Assembly: GCF_037042905.1 (NCBI RefSeq)
Contig: NC_087245.1
Coordinates: 3,412,001-3,476,000 of the forward strand
Direction of reading: 5' to 3'
DNA: 64,000 bases
DNA from: Lytechinus pictus
Taxonomy: Eukaryota
The notes beneath the pieces were generated by a model. That model made no database searches. It was not told the origin of the DNA and saw only the letters and a program-made list of their open reading frames with translations. Below, one piece after another: positions 1 to 13,433 of this stretch. The translations under genes and the position numbers were made by a program. Each line of letters begins with the position of its first letter. Position 1 is the stretch's first letter.

Positions 1-120
1 ATATATATATATATATATATATTGTAAAGAAATTGATGAAGAGAACAATGGTAGGCGTAGCTTAAATCAAGGTTCCCCAGAGCTATCTACCCTTTGGAAA
101 ACTTGGTGATGCCGAAAAAA

Positions 121-1419
121 TGTCTCTGCCGGGAATCGAACCCGGGCCCCCAGCTTTGAACGCCGCACAGTGGGCCGGGGCGAAACAAAAGTGCGCCAAA
201 AGTCATTTTGGGCAATTTCAGAATTTTAATTTTTGTCATGCTCAGCTGAAAGACAACACTTTGAAGAATACTTCAGCAAAATATTTCATTCGGGAATTTG
301 CATAAAGGTTGTTAATTTCCTACCTCAAATCTTAAAATGTGACATTTTGCGAAATGCCGCGTGTATGACAACTTAGTTGAAAAACAAGCAATTTCACGGG
401 AGGTTTTTCATGTAGGAATCTGAAATGGCACCCACATAATCCTGTTATATTTTTTTTTTTCGTGTGAAATGGTCCAAATTAGATAAAAGACACATTTCAG
501 GAGGTTTATAGAACAATTATTCCTCGAAATAGGCTGATAATCCATGTTTTTAGCATTTACATGAGAAACGTTTGGATTTCCATGGATTTCCGTTTAAATC
601 CTATCATCATCATTTTGACAGATGTCTAAGCTTTAAGTCGATACCAAATTTAGCTGCCCGTTTTTGCCCGTTTTCATGTTAGAGCCGATTTTACTTGGCA
701 AAATACCCCCAAAACCTGTTCAAAAACGGTCATTTTTATACCGCACATTCATCGCAGCGCACCGTGTGGGGTGTTCATTGCCGTTCATTTTTGCACGGCG
801 AGGACGATTCCCCCTTCCATTCCATGAAAAAGACATGAATTCCGGGCATAATGCAAACAAAATAAAGGTTGATAACGCATATAAGGGCTACCCGCCCCTC
901 TTCCAGAGATAAAATTTAATTTACTAATTTCAGCCAAAAGCCCTCCTCACAGTAAAACATTCGTGGTCCTATATACTCTGCGTTTTACCCAAGTCTACAC
1001 CGCTTGATAAAGCACGGTTAAATTTTTTTTCAGATTTTTAATTATTTTTTTAATCTAATGATCACTTTGATGCCATATAATTATTTTCAGGATCTCATAC
1101 ACACTTGTTAGGCATGTGAGAAGCATAAACCAACATTCACTCTGGTCAATCTTAAAGTAACACATAACACAAAGTTTATATACTACACATTGTTTAGCGT
1201 AATTTGTCTTTTCACAGATAGGTTTTAAGTAGCCAATCAAAATTTGGTATCAAAGTGACGTCATATCGGCTTTAAATTATGTTCAGTAGATTCTACGCCC
1301 AAAATTACCCTTAATCAACATGTTAAAGTGAAAATATAACACGGAATATAATTTTGGCGCACTTTCAACTCATTCTGGCCCACTGTGCGCCGGTGCCTTA
1401 ACCACTAGACCACAGAGAC
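121..1419 (-). pseudogene. tRNA-like sequence with UCA anticodon, split by the Transib-like insertion
   Basis: Reconstructed minus strand: GTCTCTG TG GTCT AGTGGTTA AGGC A CCGGC GTTCAAA GCTGG GGGC CCGGG TTCGATT CCCGG CAGAGAC A. All four stems pair, and Pol III A and B boxes are present. Confidence 0.7.
166..1387. mobile_element. Non-autonomous Transib/RAG-like DNA transposon (1222 bp)
   Basis: Inverted termini CACAGTGGGCC at 166-176 and GGCCCACTGTG at 1377-1387. A second shared block AAAGTGCGCCAAAA lies at the same distance from each end. The 5-bp TSD CGCCG is at 161-165 and 1388-1392. The uninterrupted sister copy near 1791-1802 reads aacgccggtgcc and shows the empty site. No transposase ORF. 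Confidence 0.9.
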
Positions 1420-1752
1420 GGGTTAGTGGCTAGGGCGACCCCGATCCGATTGACCGTCAGATAGACAGATTTTCGACACTATACCAATTACAATTTCCTT
1501 TGTCGGGTGAAGGTGGGTTTAGAACAATGACAAACCGCCATGCTTCAGCTGGATCAAAGCTATTGCTTTGATACAGTACACGTATGGGAGAAAGTATACA
1601 AATATGTAAAGTTATACATGTACAACAGCTTTGGCAACTCTTTTATTTAAATATTGTAAAGAAATGGATGAAGAGAACAATGGTAGGGGTAGCTTAAATC
1701 AAGGTTCCCCAGAGCTATCTACCCTTTGGAAAAATTGGCGATGCCGAAAAAA

Positions 1753-1824
1753 TGTATATGCCGGGAATCGAACTCGGGCCCCCAGCTTTGAACGCCGGTG
1801 CCTTAACCACTAGACCACAGAGAC
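1753..1824 (-). pseudogene. Second, uninterrupted tRNA-like copy (72 nt, UCA anticodon) with a damaged acceptor stem
   Basis: Same cloverleaf as copy 1, but the 3' acceptor strand reads CATATAC instead of CAGAGAC and the T stem has one change (CCGAG). Confidence 0.65.
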
Positions 1825-1827
1825 GGG

Positions 1828-2100
<273 letters not shown>

Positions 2101-2608
2101 AATTATATACAAATATAAAGATACGATTATTATCTACTGTACAAATTGGTGTGCTATATTTATCAAAAATCAATTAGAATTCATTTTAAGAAATGAATAT
2201 GTTATGCGATTATATTTTATTCATATATACAATCTGGCTTTAAGAAACGTTTTATGAGATCAATGAATGAACGATGATTAATGGACATAGTGAACTGAAC
2301 GACTATTTTGTACGATCGGGAATTAAGATTGATTCCCTATTTTATTTACAAAATAAACAAAATTCATAAGGATCGTTTGACCTTTCATTGAATCAGAGAG
2401 ATTTGTTAAATTGTAGTAATGAAATATTGCATCAAAAGAATACTAAAAATTATCGTGTCAACGGCTTCGTTTTCTAATAATGAATGAACCGGGTTTAATT
2501 CCCTGGTATGCGTCACTTTTGTGCATACATTCCACCTACTACTTTAATCCTTACATCAACTTCGTATAGCTTCTACATGGAAAGGTTAATTGCTCTATAC
2601 GTTTTTTT

Positions 2609-3412
2609 TGCGTCCCACAAAAAACGAAACCGAGATTTATCGATGATTTATCATAACTTAATCACAAATACAATAGACAAATGACCTACTATTGTAAAGC
2701 TTAGAATCTCCTCTTTCATCTAAAATTACTTAGATTATTTCTCATTTACGCATGAGTGAGCAAAAACAATTTGAAGAGGGGATACCAAAAAGTCATTTGG
2801 CGGGCTGTATCTGGGTTTCAAAAAGAAAACCACATTTTTAAAAAGTTCAATATCTGCTCTGTAATTTGATACCTCAATTACAGAAAATGGTCAGAAAATA
2901 ACAAGGTTCTGGTTATTTGAAATAAGGCTTGAATTTCAATAATTTCATAAAATTAAGAGGTTCTACAGGCTAGCGTTCAAACTCACTTTTGTTGAAGATC
3001 AGCCATGCATTAAGTCTTTTGTTAACCATGCGATATCTTCTGTGTGAAACCGGTGAAAACACGTTTATTTAATGAAATTATGGAAATACAAGCATTGTTT
3101 CGAGGGAACATAACTTTTTACTTATTGGCTATTTTTTGTGATTAAGGTATCAAATAAAAGAGCAGATATTGAACGTTTTAGGCATGTGATTTTCTCTTTG
3201 AAATTCAGATACCCCCGCCAAATGAGTTTTTGGTATCCTTTCTTCAATTTTTTTTTGCTCACTCATGCGTGAATGGGGAATAATCTAAATAATATCAGAT
3301 GAAAGAGGAGATTATAAGCTTTACATTGGTAGGTCATTTGTCTATTGTATTTGTGATTAAGTTATGATAAATCATCGCTTAATCTCGGTTTCGTTTTTTC
3401 TGGGACGCACTG
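2609..3412. mobile_element. Tc1/mariner-type MITE with long inverted arms (CAGTGCGTCCCA family), left tip clipped
   Basis: tgcgtcccacaaaaaacgaaaccgagatt at the left end and aatctcggtttcgttttttctgggacgcactg followed by TA at the right. The arms are complementary over about 300 bp, and a near-identical copy starts at 63406. Confidence 0.85.
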
Positions 3413-5294
3413 TATGTAAACCCAACCATCATAATGATAAGGTATGTTATTGTGGCAGGGGCCATCTTAAAGAAGGGGCTTTTTAATTACCAAGATATCA
3501 AATGCTATATTTGTTCTAACACCGTGAACATGTTGATCAAAGTGGTCTTTGCAGTCATGGTTGATCTAAAGATGTCTGAGCTTAATCCATGCGGGAAGCA
3601 TATTGTCCAGCAGCAATTACTTTAGAATGGGCAAAATTTTCATCACACTGGATAAATAAAAATGCCCAAAAGAAATGCCCAATGTTGGTTGGATAAATGA
3701 ATTACCCTCATGGAGCACTTTTACCCAATATATTTTATAGTGAATGTGCACACAGGTAATTCAGACGTCCATTCACTCACGTTTTTAATTGCATCTCGTT
3801 CATATTATTGGTAAAAAATCTATATGTTTAATCATCTATTCACTTAGCGACACCTCCAATTTAAATTTCAATTTTAAATCAGATAAAACAGGTAATTATC
3901 AAGGCTGGCACGAAAGTAGTGGTAATTTTAGTCTTTTTAGGGGGAGAAAATACAAAACTACACTGATTCTCAACGATTTTTTATTTATTATATTCGTTTC
4001 ACTCACGCCCGTCTGAATGACATTAGGGAAAGGTAATTTCGTAGTGCTCTTGTATTTTTTTTACATTTTTATATGTAGATTTTACTTTTGAAATAAATTT
4101 GTAATTAACTATTTTATTGTCTTCCATCATGATTCTACAAACTTTTTTTCCTGTTTATTGATTTCAGAGTTTTTCATTAGAAAACCCTCGCATGTTAATG
4201 TGTCATGATTAATTTTGTATATTTGATTTTCTCATTTTCTTTTATCTCTAACTTGGACCAACTCGATTGATTCCGTCTTTCCCTCTGAAATTGCTGGTCA
4301 CCAGGTAAGAAACATTTTCCCCTCATAATGTCAACAAACACAATTAATACTATTGTGTGTGCCGTATGTCGTAATAAGCGGTCCTGTGGAGTTGAAAACA
4401 ACATCAATAAGACAAGTTGCAAATAAAATAAGTATTTATAGTAAGATGCATGCAACGCATGCCTCCGCGCTAAACGTATTGTATCATAGTTACTCCCTGA
4501 TGTTAATAATTAATGTTGCGTGAATTTTCACTTTTCTATTGTTTGAAGGCAATGAAGAGAAAATTTGCATTAACAAAGGACAAATCGTTTGTGTTTTAAC
4601 TATGTGAAATGTTTATACAAGCCTACTTGCTAATTTCTGGATTATATCCTGCCGAAGAAACCTCCTTCATCGTCTGAATATTTCGCAGTTCTGATCGTCT
4701 TGGCTACTGCAAATTACCCAGTACCTTAACGTGGGAGACGCGATGTTATTTGGGCATTTGCAGTGAAGGAATTGAATTCATTTTTTCATACTGGTAAGGG
4801 CTTTATCGACTCCTAGATTATATTTCCCCTTGGGGTTGCAATGACATTTTACGTGGCATCGTTTTCGTGCTATTTTTCTCATCCTCGTAGCAGATAAACT
4901 TAGACTAAATTTGAAACGAAAGAATATGGAAGTTGGGACGTAAAGTTATGATAATGCCTGCTTTTATGTCGTAAAATAACAACTATTAAAAGATTATGAA
5001 TATAAACAATATTTTTTGTAAAGTATATACAAATGGTGTATTTTACAAAAAAAAGAGGTAAACTTTTCATGCTTTTTCATTTATTAGGTATTTACTTCAG
5101 AAAGAAAAACAAATAGTCAATTTCAAGCAATCTGGAAAACCTGTGCCAATTAGGTAATATCCTACAGGTGTTTTTTCAGGACACACTTGGGAGGCTTCAA
5201 TCACTCAGTTTGCTTTATCATTCTTATATCACGGTAGTTGTACGTGTTGTTCGTCTCATAAGCAACAAAACATATCCAGGTTTCACATATTCAT

Positions 5295-5965
5295 TTTGTC
5301 TCGCCTATATAACAGAGCGAGGTTATACGCGCCGCTTTTCCGACGGCGTCGTCGACATTGATTTATTTTTTAAGTCCATATACATTTTAGTTAATGAAAT
5401 TTGGGTGTAAGGGTAATCCAGAATCACTAATCATGTGACATGAGTTTCAGATCGCATGATGAAGGCCAAATGTAATAAATGTCGTTTAGGGTCAACAGAC
5501 TGTGCCCATGTTGGTCAAGTTGTTAAAATGTCATAACTTTAAAAGTATAAAGGGCTATTGAAAATATGGATAATCAGGTCTCATTGATCATCTGACATTA
5601 GTTGCAGGTCACATGATCATGATCAAAGGCCATTTAGGGTCCACCAACTTGCTGTGATAACAATATACAAACAAATAGAAATTTATTTTGAACTTTAAGA
5701 TTATTTTTCACGTTTACGTCCCTATACCATAAAACTTACATTATGGTTATCAGGTATTGGTAAAAAGTAAAATTTGTTAAAATTGGTAAACGGGAATTTG
5801 GGGTTACTAGGCGAAGGTCAAAGTTTTTTTTTAGTTCAACGAACTCAGGGGGGGGGGGGTTATTAACATATGAATGTTTTCCTTTTCCCTCTCATTTAAA
5901 AAACCCGGTACTTGCTTCTATACTGTATTGCGAATGCAGGCAAGTGGCAGAGGCGTTGCACATCG
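5295..5965. mobile_element. Degenerate Helentron/HINE-like interspersed repeat
   Basis: Starts ttttgtctcgcct...gcgag, followed by a cggcgtcgtc microrepeat and internal ggtcacatg/aaggtcaaag-type units similar to those at 48738-49150. Boundaries are approximate. Confidence 0.4.
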
Positions 5966-8900
5966 TGAAAACCCTTGCACATAGTATGATTTAAGAAACG
6001 CATGTGAATGGCACCTAGTTAACTGTATTTACAAGACGAGTATGGGGGACTGTGGGTATGTTATAAGGACGATTCCACCAAGGTAATTAGGTTTTCTTAT
6101 TGATCTTTCTGTAATTGTTCCCTGGGTCAATGCAATGGTGGGTAACAGTTAGATAAACAGGGACGATGCCGACTTGCTTCTAATAATAAACCTTGCCATC
6201 TAAGTGATGAGTTCTTTCGCCTTTTTTTATTTGAATTCCCCCCACCTGTCTTTATCTTTACAAGAAGAGTAATGTAGTTTGTAGATTAGTTTTGGAATTA
6301 TGCCTTATGGTATGTAGGGATATCATTATGAAGAAATCGATTGCAACTTACATTTTTTACTTTTTTTACTTATCTATTCATGGACTTTGTTTTTGCTCTT
6401 CATGTATTATAGGCCTATACTTTCGGGCGGTGTGGGTAAACATAGGTAGACGGATTGTGTATCGTAAATGTCGGGTAAAAATGCATTCCAATGGTTTATT
6501 TTCAATACCAAGAATCCTCATCACTTTTAATGAAGGGGGTAAGTGTTTTCAGAAATCTGTTGCCACTGCCACTAAAAAAATAGTTATCTGAGTATTAGCT
6601 TGTAGTGTAGTTGTATCTTCATACAGACCAACGTAAAAACATGCCTGTTTAAAGCAATGATTCTTGGATTATCTTGGCCGTGGTGACGCACCATGCGGTC
6701 ATATTTTTATGTCAGATTGTCTGTTTATATTGCTGCCAATCGGAGCAATAAACATGAGCGGTTCAGACTGATATCTGGGATAGGAATATGATCATTCTGA
6801 CCTTCTGAATTGCTAAAAAATATGACGAGATCAGGGCTACGAAATATGGCACAGTTTATAGTGGTAAGACTCCAAGTGAAATCACCGTTTGGAAGGACAA
6901 ATGCTATCTGATTTTATTTTTCTCGAAGTGAAATATGTTTGGTTTGAATAGAATTTGACGCCGTTGACTTTTTACGTGTTTAAGAAATTCAGAGCGTCCA
7001 TACCATTTTTAAAAAGTTGTAGAATGAATACAAATGTGTAACTTAAGCACATTTAATTCATTATTGATGATGTTTGTGAATATCAAATCTGGAGTTAAAA
7101 CATTTTGTGCATATGTTGCAAATTGCACATTCATGCAATTGAATTGAACAACTGTATCTATTTAGTATATTAAGTACTGAAAGCAAAACAAAATTCAAAG
7201 TAAATATCAAAAAGGTAATATTATCACACACGCCATAAATAAATCATGCGCTCGTAATGCACCATTGCTATTTTCGCAAGAGCCTATACCAATATACAAT
7301 TCATTTTTTTTTTCAGAATTGACTGAATATACTAAATTGTGTATGTTTTAATTCCCATCGTACTGCATAATATTACTGGTATTAAACATTCCTGAAAAAT
7401 AAAGTTAAATAGCAAAATCGATTAAGGATGGCTTATAATTTTTAAGGGAAAATGTCATGGACGAATTTATTGATTACCCTCAACTATCCTTGTATGTGAG
7501 TGTGTGGGGTGTTAGGAAGGGTGAGGGTGTGGGTGTGTGTTCTCTATCCCTCTCTTGCTCTTTAATTCTGTCTTTTTCATACTCTTGTCAAAATAAAGAA
7601 TCCTGGATTACATCCCGGGGCATGTTTCTATCTATTCTTGTTCTATTTCCTGGGGCTAGTCGTCACTATTTGGTCGAATGTCTGTACTGAGACGCGCATA
7701 ATCCCATTTTCTATCTTAGGTTTCTTGATTTTCTTTTTGGTTTAGGTTTTCTAATCGGTTCAAATTAACATGATTTGCAGAATTAAAAACCTCTTCTCTC
7801 GTCTCCACCTTGATGTTTTCTTGTAAATTCCTACCCATTCACACACATTAAATAATTTTTGTTTAATTTATATAATCCGTAGCCAGTACTTTTATAAGTC
7901 CTAAACAACTTACGATCCCTTGATATATTAAAATTAAGCTTGAACGATTAATATATAAGAACATAATATTTAGCATATATTTATCCCAAAAAAAAGATTG
8001 GCACAGAAATTACAAATACAAGAAACAAGTACGAATAAGAATAGAGCCCAGTTCAGTAGAATCAATCAGGCAGGAAATATTTTTATAAAATGACAGATAA
8101 GGTAGAAATCTTGCATTAATTGAAATATATTTAATGATAAATGTCTATCTGAACTAAATAACCCGGTTCTCCTATATTCGTGTTTCGTGTCTTCTTGTTG
8201 AGATTTTAGACAACCTTAAGACATAGCTTTTTTGTCAATCTTACATGTTTAGTCATTGGCTCAAATCTTTATTTCAGCAGAATATTTACATACTGCTATC
8301 GTCGATGTAGGAAGCTGACGCGAGTTTATATCGAAATGCAAATCCTCATTGACATTTTCCCCGTATAATGCCCTTTTATTGTAAACCTAGGTTCTATGAA
8401 ACAGCGATATAAAACAGACCTTTTCATATCATTTCTACAATCATCCCAGTTTATACCAGATTTCAGATTAAGCGTGGGTGTATGAACCACTTCATACAGT
8501 TGATAATATAAATATATATATTGTTTTCATGTTAAAGAAACCTTGATCACTGTGTATCGATCGATGGCAATGAAAGTTGTTTTGCAGGTAAACTAGAAGT
8601 AGGAAGATATAAACTGATTGGTGGATAACTGTGCAAGCATCAGTGTATTGGGACTGCTTTTACGTTCAGTAAGGCAGTGTCAAAAGGTTTTAGAAATGGT
8701 ATCCCTGAAAGGAATCATTGAAAGTAGAACTCTAAAGGTACGAATGGTAATGTAACATGGAATTCCCAAATTGACAGTGTCAGAAATAAGTACAGACATT
8801 TGGTTCTTTAAAACTCAGTAGATTATCTGTACCAAGGTTCAATTCAACCAATATTTGACTAGAAATGTAGAAATACACTCCAACTAAATAATATTGTGGA

Positions 8901-10868
8901 TTATAGAACACTGAAGTCTATTTTGGTGGTAGAGCCTTCTTAGAGCCTTTATATAAGGTAAGCTAAATGCTGTAAAATCAACAAAAGGTGAAATAAGCAT
9001 CTTAGTTAACTTATAATCAAATTGGTTAACAATCTAGCCCCACCCCTGCTTTCCACGTAAATTGCGGGAATATTTATTACGAAACATAGATTGTCAAATT
9101 TAACTACCAAACGCTTATTCAAATTTCCACAGAAGCAAACAGCTTTGCTATGCTCCAAAACTCTTACCTGGATATCAAAAGCATTGTATTTGAGTGGAAA
9201 ATCTCTTTGAAAGCAATGAATCTGCCTTTGAGAATAACGAGTTATCGCCGTTTCTTTTCGTACAAATCAGCTGTTTTAACATTGGTTTTGTGATAAGAGG
9301 CTAAGAACCCTTAAAACACAATGTGAGTCTACATTTACTTAAGTACACAAAATTTGCTTATATTTCAAACAAATAGACAACACAGCGCTGAACTAAAATA
9401 CTAGCCATCTTAGAGCAATGTTCACATTGTTGCAAATACTATCTGTAGGTACGACGGAAGGTTAATATGGGTATATTATATGGATTTGTTCCTGTCCGAA
9501 TTACGTCTACCCTTGCCATATACAACTTATAATTTTGGGGATCCCCTGCAGCTGCAGTTTGAGTTGATGAATTGTCACCGAAAGGAACGAATACCCATCC
9601 ACCCACCACCCACCAACACTCACACACGCACATACTCTCCCTTCATATGCCATTGGTTACATTCGTCAGCCCAGCTTATTAAGATTGCGAAAAGACGGAG
9701 AAGTATTACGGGGGATGGTGGCAATTGAATCCCTAGGCCTTGCAGCCTAATGTTATCATTCGTGGAGCGTCAGAAGACCTCGATGGATACCCTTACAAAT
9801 GCAACATTTAAAATGCTCCTGAATGTATGGCATACACCTCACAATGCTTTCCAGATAAGATGTCATCAAAGGTTCAGCGAGTAAATGCAGTCGCGATTGC
9901 AATTATTTTGTTACATCTTCCATCCTATTTTTCATTCTTCATTTTGTTTTATTATTATTTCTGTCTTAACATGCTTAATACTTCATGGATTTCATAGAGG
10001 ATGAGGAGAATGAACGCACTTCACATTTAAAATCAAGCTCACTATTTCATGATGTATTTTTAGTGATTTGGCATGTCAATAAATTCACTAAGTTTATAAT
10101 AGACGTAACTATTTATTCATCCATGATATTATGATATCATAAAGATATTGAAAAAGGAAGAAGAATGAAGAAGATAAACGTTCATTTGCACAACTAAAAA
10201 TTATTGTAATGGCTAATTTTCATTGCCGGTATAGCCGCAAGGATATATTTTGATTTCTTCAGTCTTCAGGGAAGGAATATAAACTATATTGTAGGAATTA
10301 TATGGTTAAAAATAAAACCGCTTTATATGGCTATGTTTAAGATGGGGATTGGTGAAGCGTCAATAGAAAGCTTGAGCTTAAAGCAGTATAGACTGATGGA
10401 TGGTACCTATGGGAGTATTACGGCAAACCATCCATGATAGAATGTTTTATTAATTGCGAAGGAATGTTACCCAAAGGAAGATAAGAGGTTTGGTGATCTT
10501 GCACAATCGTATTACACTCCAGTCTGTGCCCCTTTAGCTTTACATTGACTCCTTGTCTGCCCATGCACGTTTTACCTTTCCTTCCCCTTCTTTGTGCTGG
10601 TAATTTATTGTAAACAAGTGTGTAACCCTACTCAGCCTCGATATCACTGAAATCATCTTCACTCCTCCCTCCTCTATTTCATTCCCTCTTTCTCTATTTC
10701 ACACTTTTTCTCACACCGCGTTTACGTCATCACATAACTCAGCACTTTCGGTAAGCTCGTCCCTTTGAATTGATCTCAATTATGTCTTCGAATATTTGGT
10801 TCTGTGTAATAGGAAATATTCCTACATCCTGTACCTGTCAGTTTTAACGCTGAACGAAGTGAGGAAGA

Positions 10869-11424
<556 letters not shown>

Positions 11425-13411
11425 ATAGCATTTAGTGGTGGCGGTGGTTGAAGAAGTAAGATTGATAAGAAAAGTACTGGTGGTATGGTTCTAAAGATAT
11501 CCACGTGACTTAACTTAAAAAATGCGGGTGCTCGTTTCGTATTTTATCATTTCAAATACATCATACTATATTCACATTGGGAGAAATCGAAGAGACATTC
11601 AAAACTGAGTAAGGATATGCAGTCGTGTAATGTTACGCCGATGAGATATATAACATCGGTGCCTCGCCCTTTGTTATTGAATAATATACTGATATATTGA
11701 ACAGTGAATCCATTTGGATGATGAGGGCAAAATAGTTCGTAAGTATTAATACATCCAATGGGGTTTTCAAGTGATAAACTTGCCATGGGAAGTCATGTTA
11801 GGGGAGCAGCATTTAGGAAAGGCTAATTCATGTTATCACTTGATCTGATGTTAAGAGTAACCACTATTTCATGAGGGTTATCCAGTAGTGAATTGAATTT
11901 TTGTTAATCAATTTATATTGATGCCCGTGGTTTGAATCATTACTCTGACGCAGTGTACAGATGCTAGGTCAGTCGTATTCTTAATTTATCGTACATTCTC
12001 CACTTAATTATTAACAATAATGAGCAAGACACCCTGTTATTTGGTCAGATGAATTTAGCGCTTAATTGTATCACTTATGTTAGAAAAAGAAGTGATTCCT
12101 TTTATGAATCTCTAGCAAACTACATGTTTACATCTGGAGTGATGCATTTAGACACATTAATGCTTTTTAGAGGGAAGCAAGGTATCATCCGACCAGCTGA
12201 TTGATGAAAACATACAAGTTGTAAGCGCCCATGAATAATCAATGCGTTCATTATCTTACCTTACCTTACCCCAACGCACACTTTATATAGTACATGACCT
12301 TAGCCGTGTTCTCCAACCTCCATTGCCCTAGATTTCGAACCCAAACGTCTCGTTTTATTCGGTTTGCCCTCATTTATCCCTGGTGATAGCTCGAGAAACA
12401 TGTATTATTCACATGTTGCCATCAAAGCGTATTGTACCCTTACAGAATGGAGCTTACAATGGAATGATTTTTTTCTTTCTTTTGGGACATGGATGTAACC
12501 TCATTCTCACATCAATTACTTTCATTGTATTTTCATTTTTATAAGTCATTCTTTGTTTCCTGATGTTCAGGCAGAATTTTCGATCGTAAGTAGTGGAATT
12601 CTCAAAAATATCCTCAAACGTAGCTCCTGTATTGTTGAGAACATGTCCTTTACCATTTGATTAATTATATGCATGTACCTGTATCATTCTTATAAAGGGT
12701 GCAGATGAACATATCGTGTTAGGTCGAATTTCTATCCTCCATCTCTACCCCTAACATGATTTACTTCGCGTAATTGAAAGTGGCAAATGTTTCTCTAGGT
12801 AATTGGAAAGTCATAACATAGCCTTAAGTTTAATTAGTACATAAAACTGAAGACTTGAAATACATTTGCTCTTTTTTTTTAACACGATAAATATTCATAG
12901 GATGACCAAATATGGTTGAATTGTTTTGTCCTCTTAGATTGTAGTATGATTACAGCAAGATCATATCCAACGACAGTTTAATGCACGGTGGCACCCCGTC
13001 GTTAATATTTTTTTATTTATTTATTAACTGGTATATAATGCCCAAAAGATAACCTTGATAATATAGTTATATATTCCAAATTTTATACATCTCTATGAAA
13101 TCGTCTGAATCTTGTAACCTAACACAAACCTCAAAATTCGTTGATGTGCTAAATCGAGCCTTTAACAATTTATCAGTTCCCTTTAATGGCCTATAATTTT
13201 AATCATTCATTATCATCTCCATCGGAGTAACTGTATGGACATACTGCTCTATTACAATAATCATTCTGGAAATATATTCACATCTACCCAAGATTTAGGT
13301 AATGCTTCAGGGATACTATAGTGATAAAAGCAATACCTACCCACGCCAATATTAACATCCAAAATGCCTATTTCGATACTTATCCTAACTACTGTGAAAG
13401 TTCTTTTACAG

Positions 13412-13433
13412 ATTGGTTAGTTGCCATGGTAAT
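13412..13433. promoter_or_regulatory. Candidate RFX X-box with adjacent reverse CCAAT box
   Basis: GTTGCCATGGTAAT at 13420-13433, close to the palindromic X-box GTTGCCATGGCAAC; ATTGG at 13412-13416. Confidence 0.35.

Noticed and set aside
664..912. ORF inside the Transib-like element as a transposase remnant
   Set aside because: It is short, starts at a non-ATG codon and has no recognisable RAG1/Transib motifs. BLASTX would be needed to exclude decayed fragments.
1753..1824. tRNA-Sec gene
   Set aside because: It has a UCA anticodon but a short variable loop and a standard 7/5 fold, is part of a repeat, and has a mutated acceptor stem.
4168..4310. Strong donor CAG|GTAAGA as a PDE1 coding exon
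   Set aside because: The phase-1 frame has a TGA just upstream and there is no homology. It could at most be a non-coding exon, which I cannot support.
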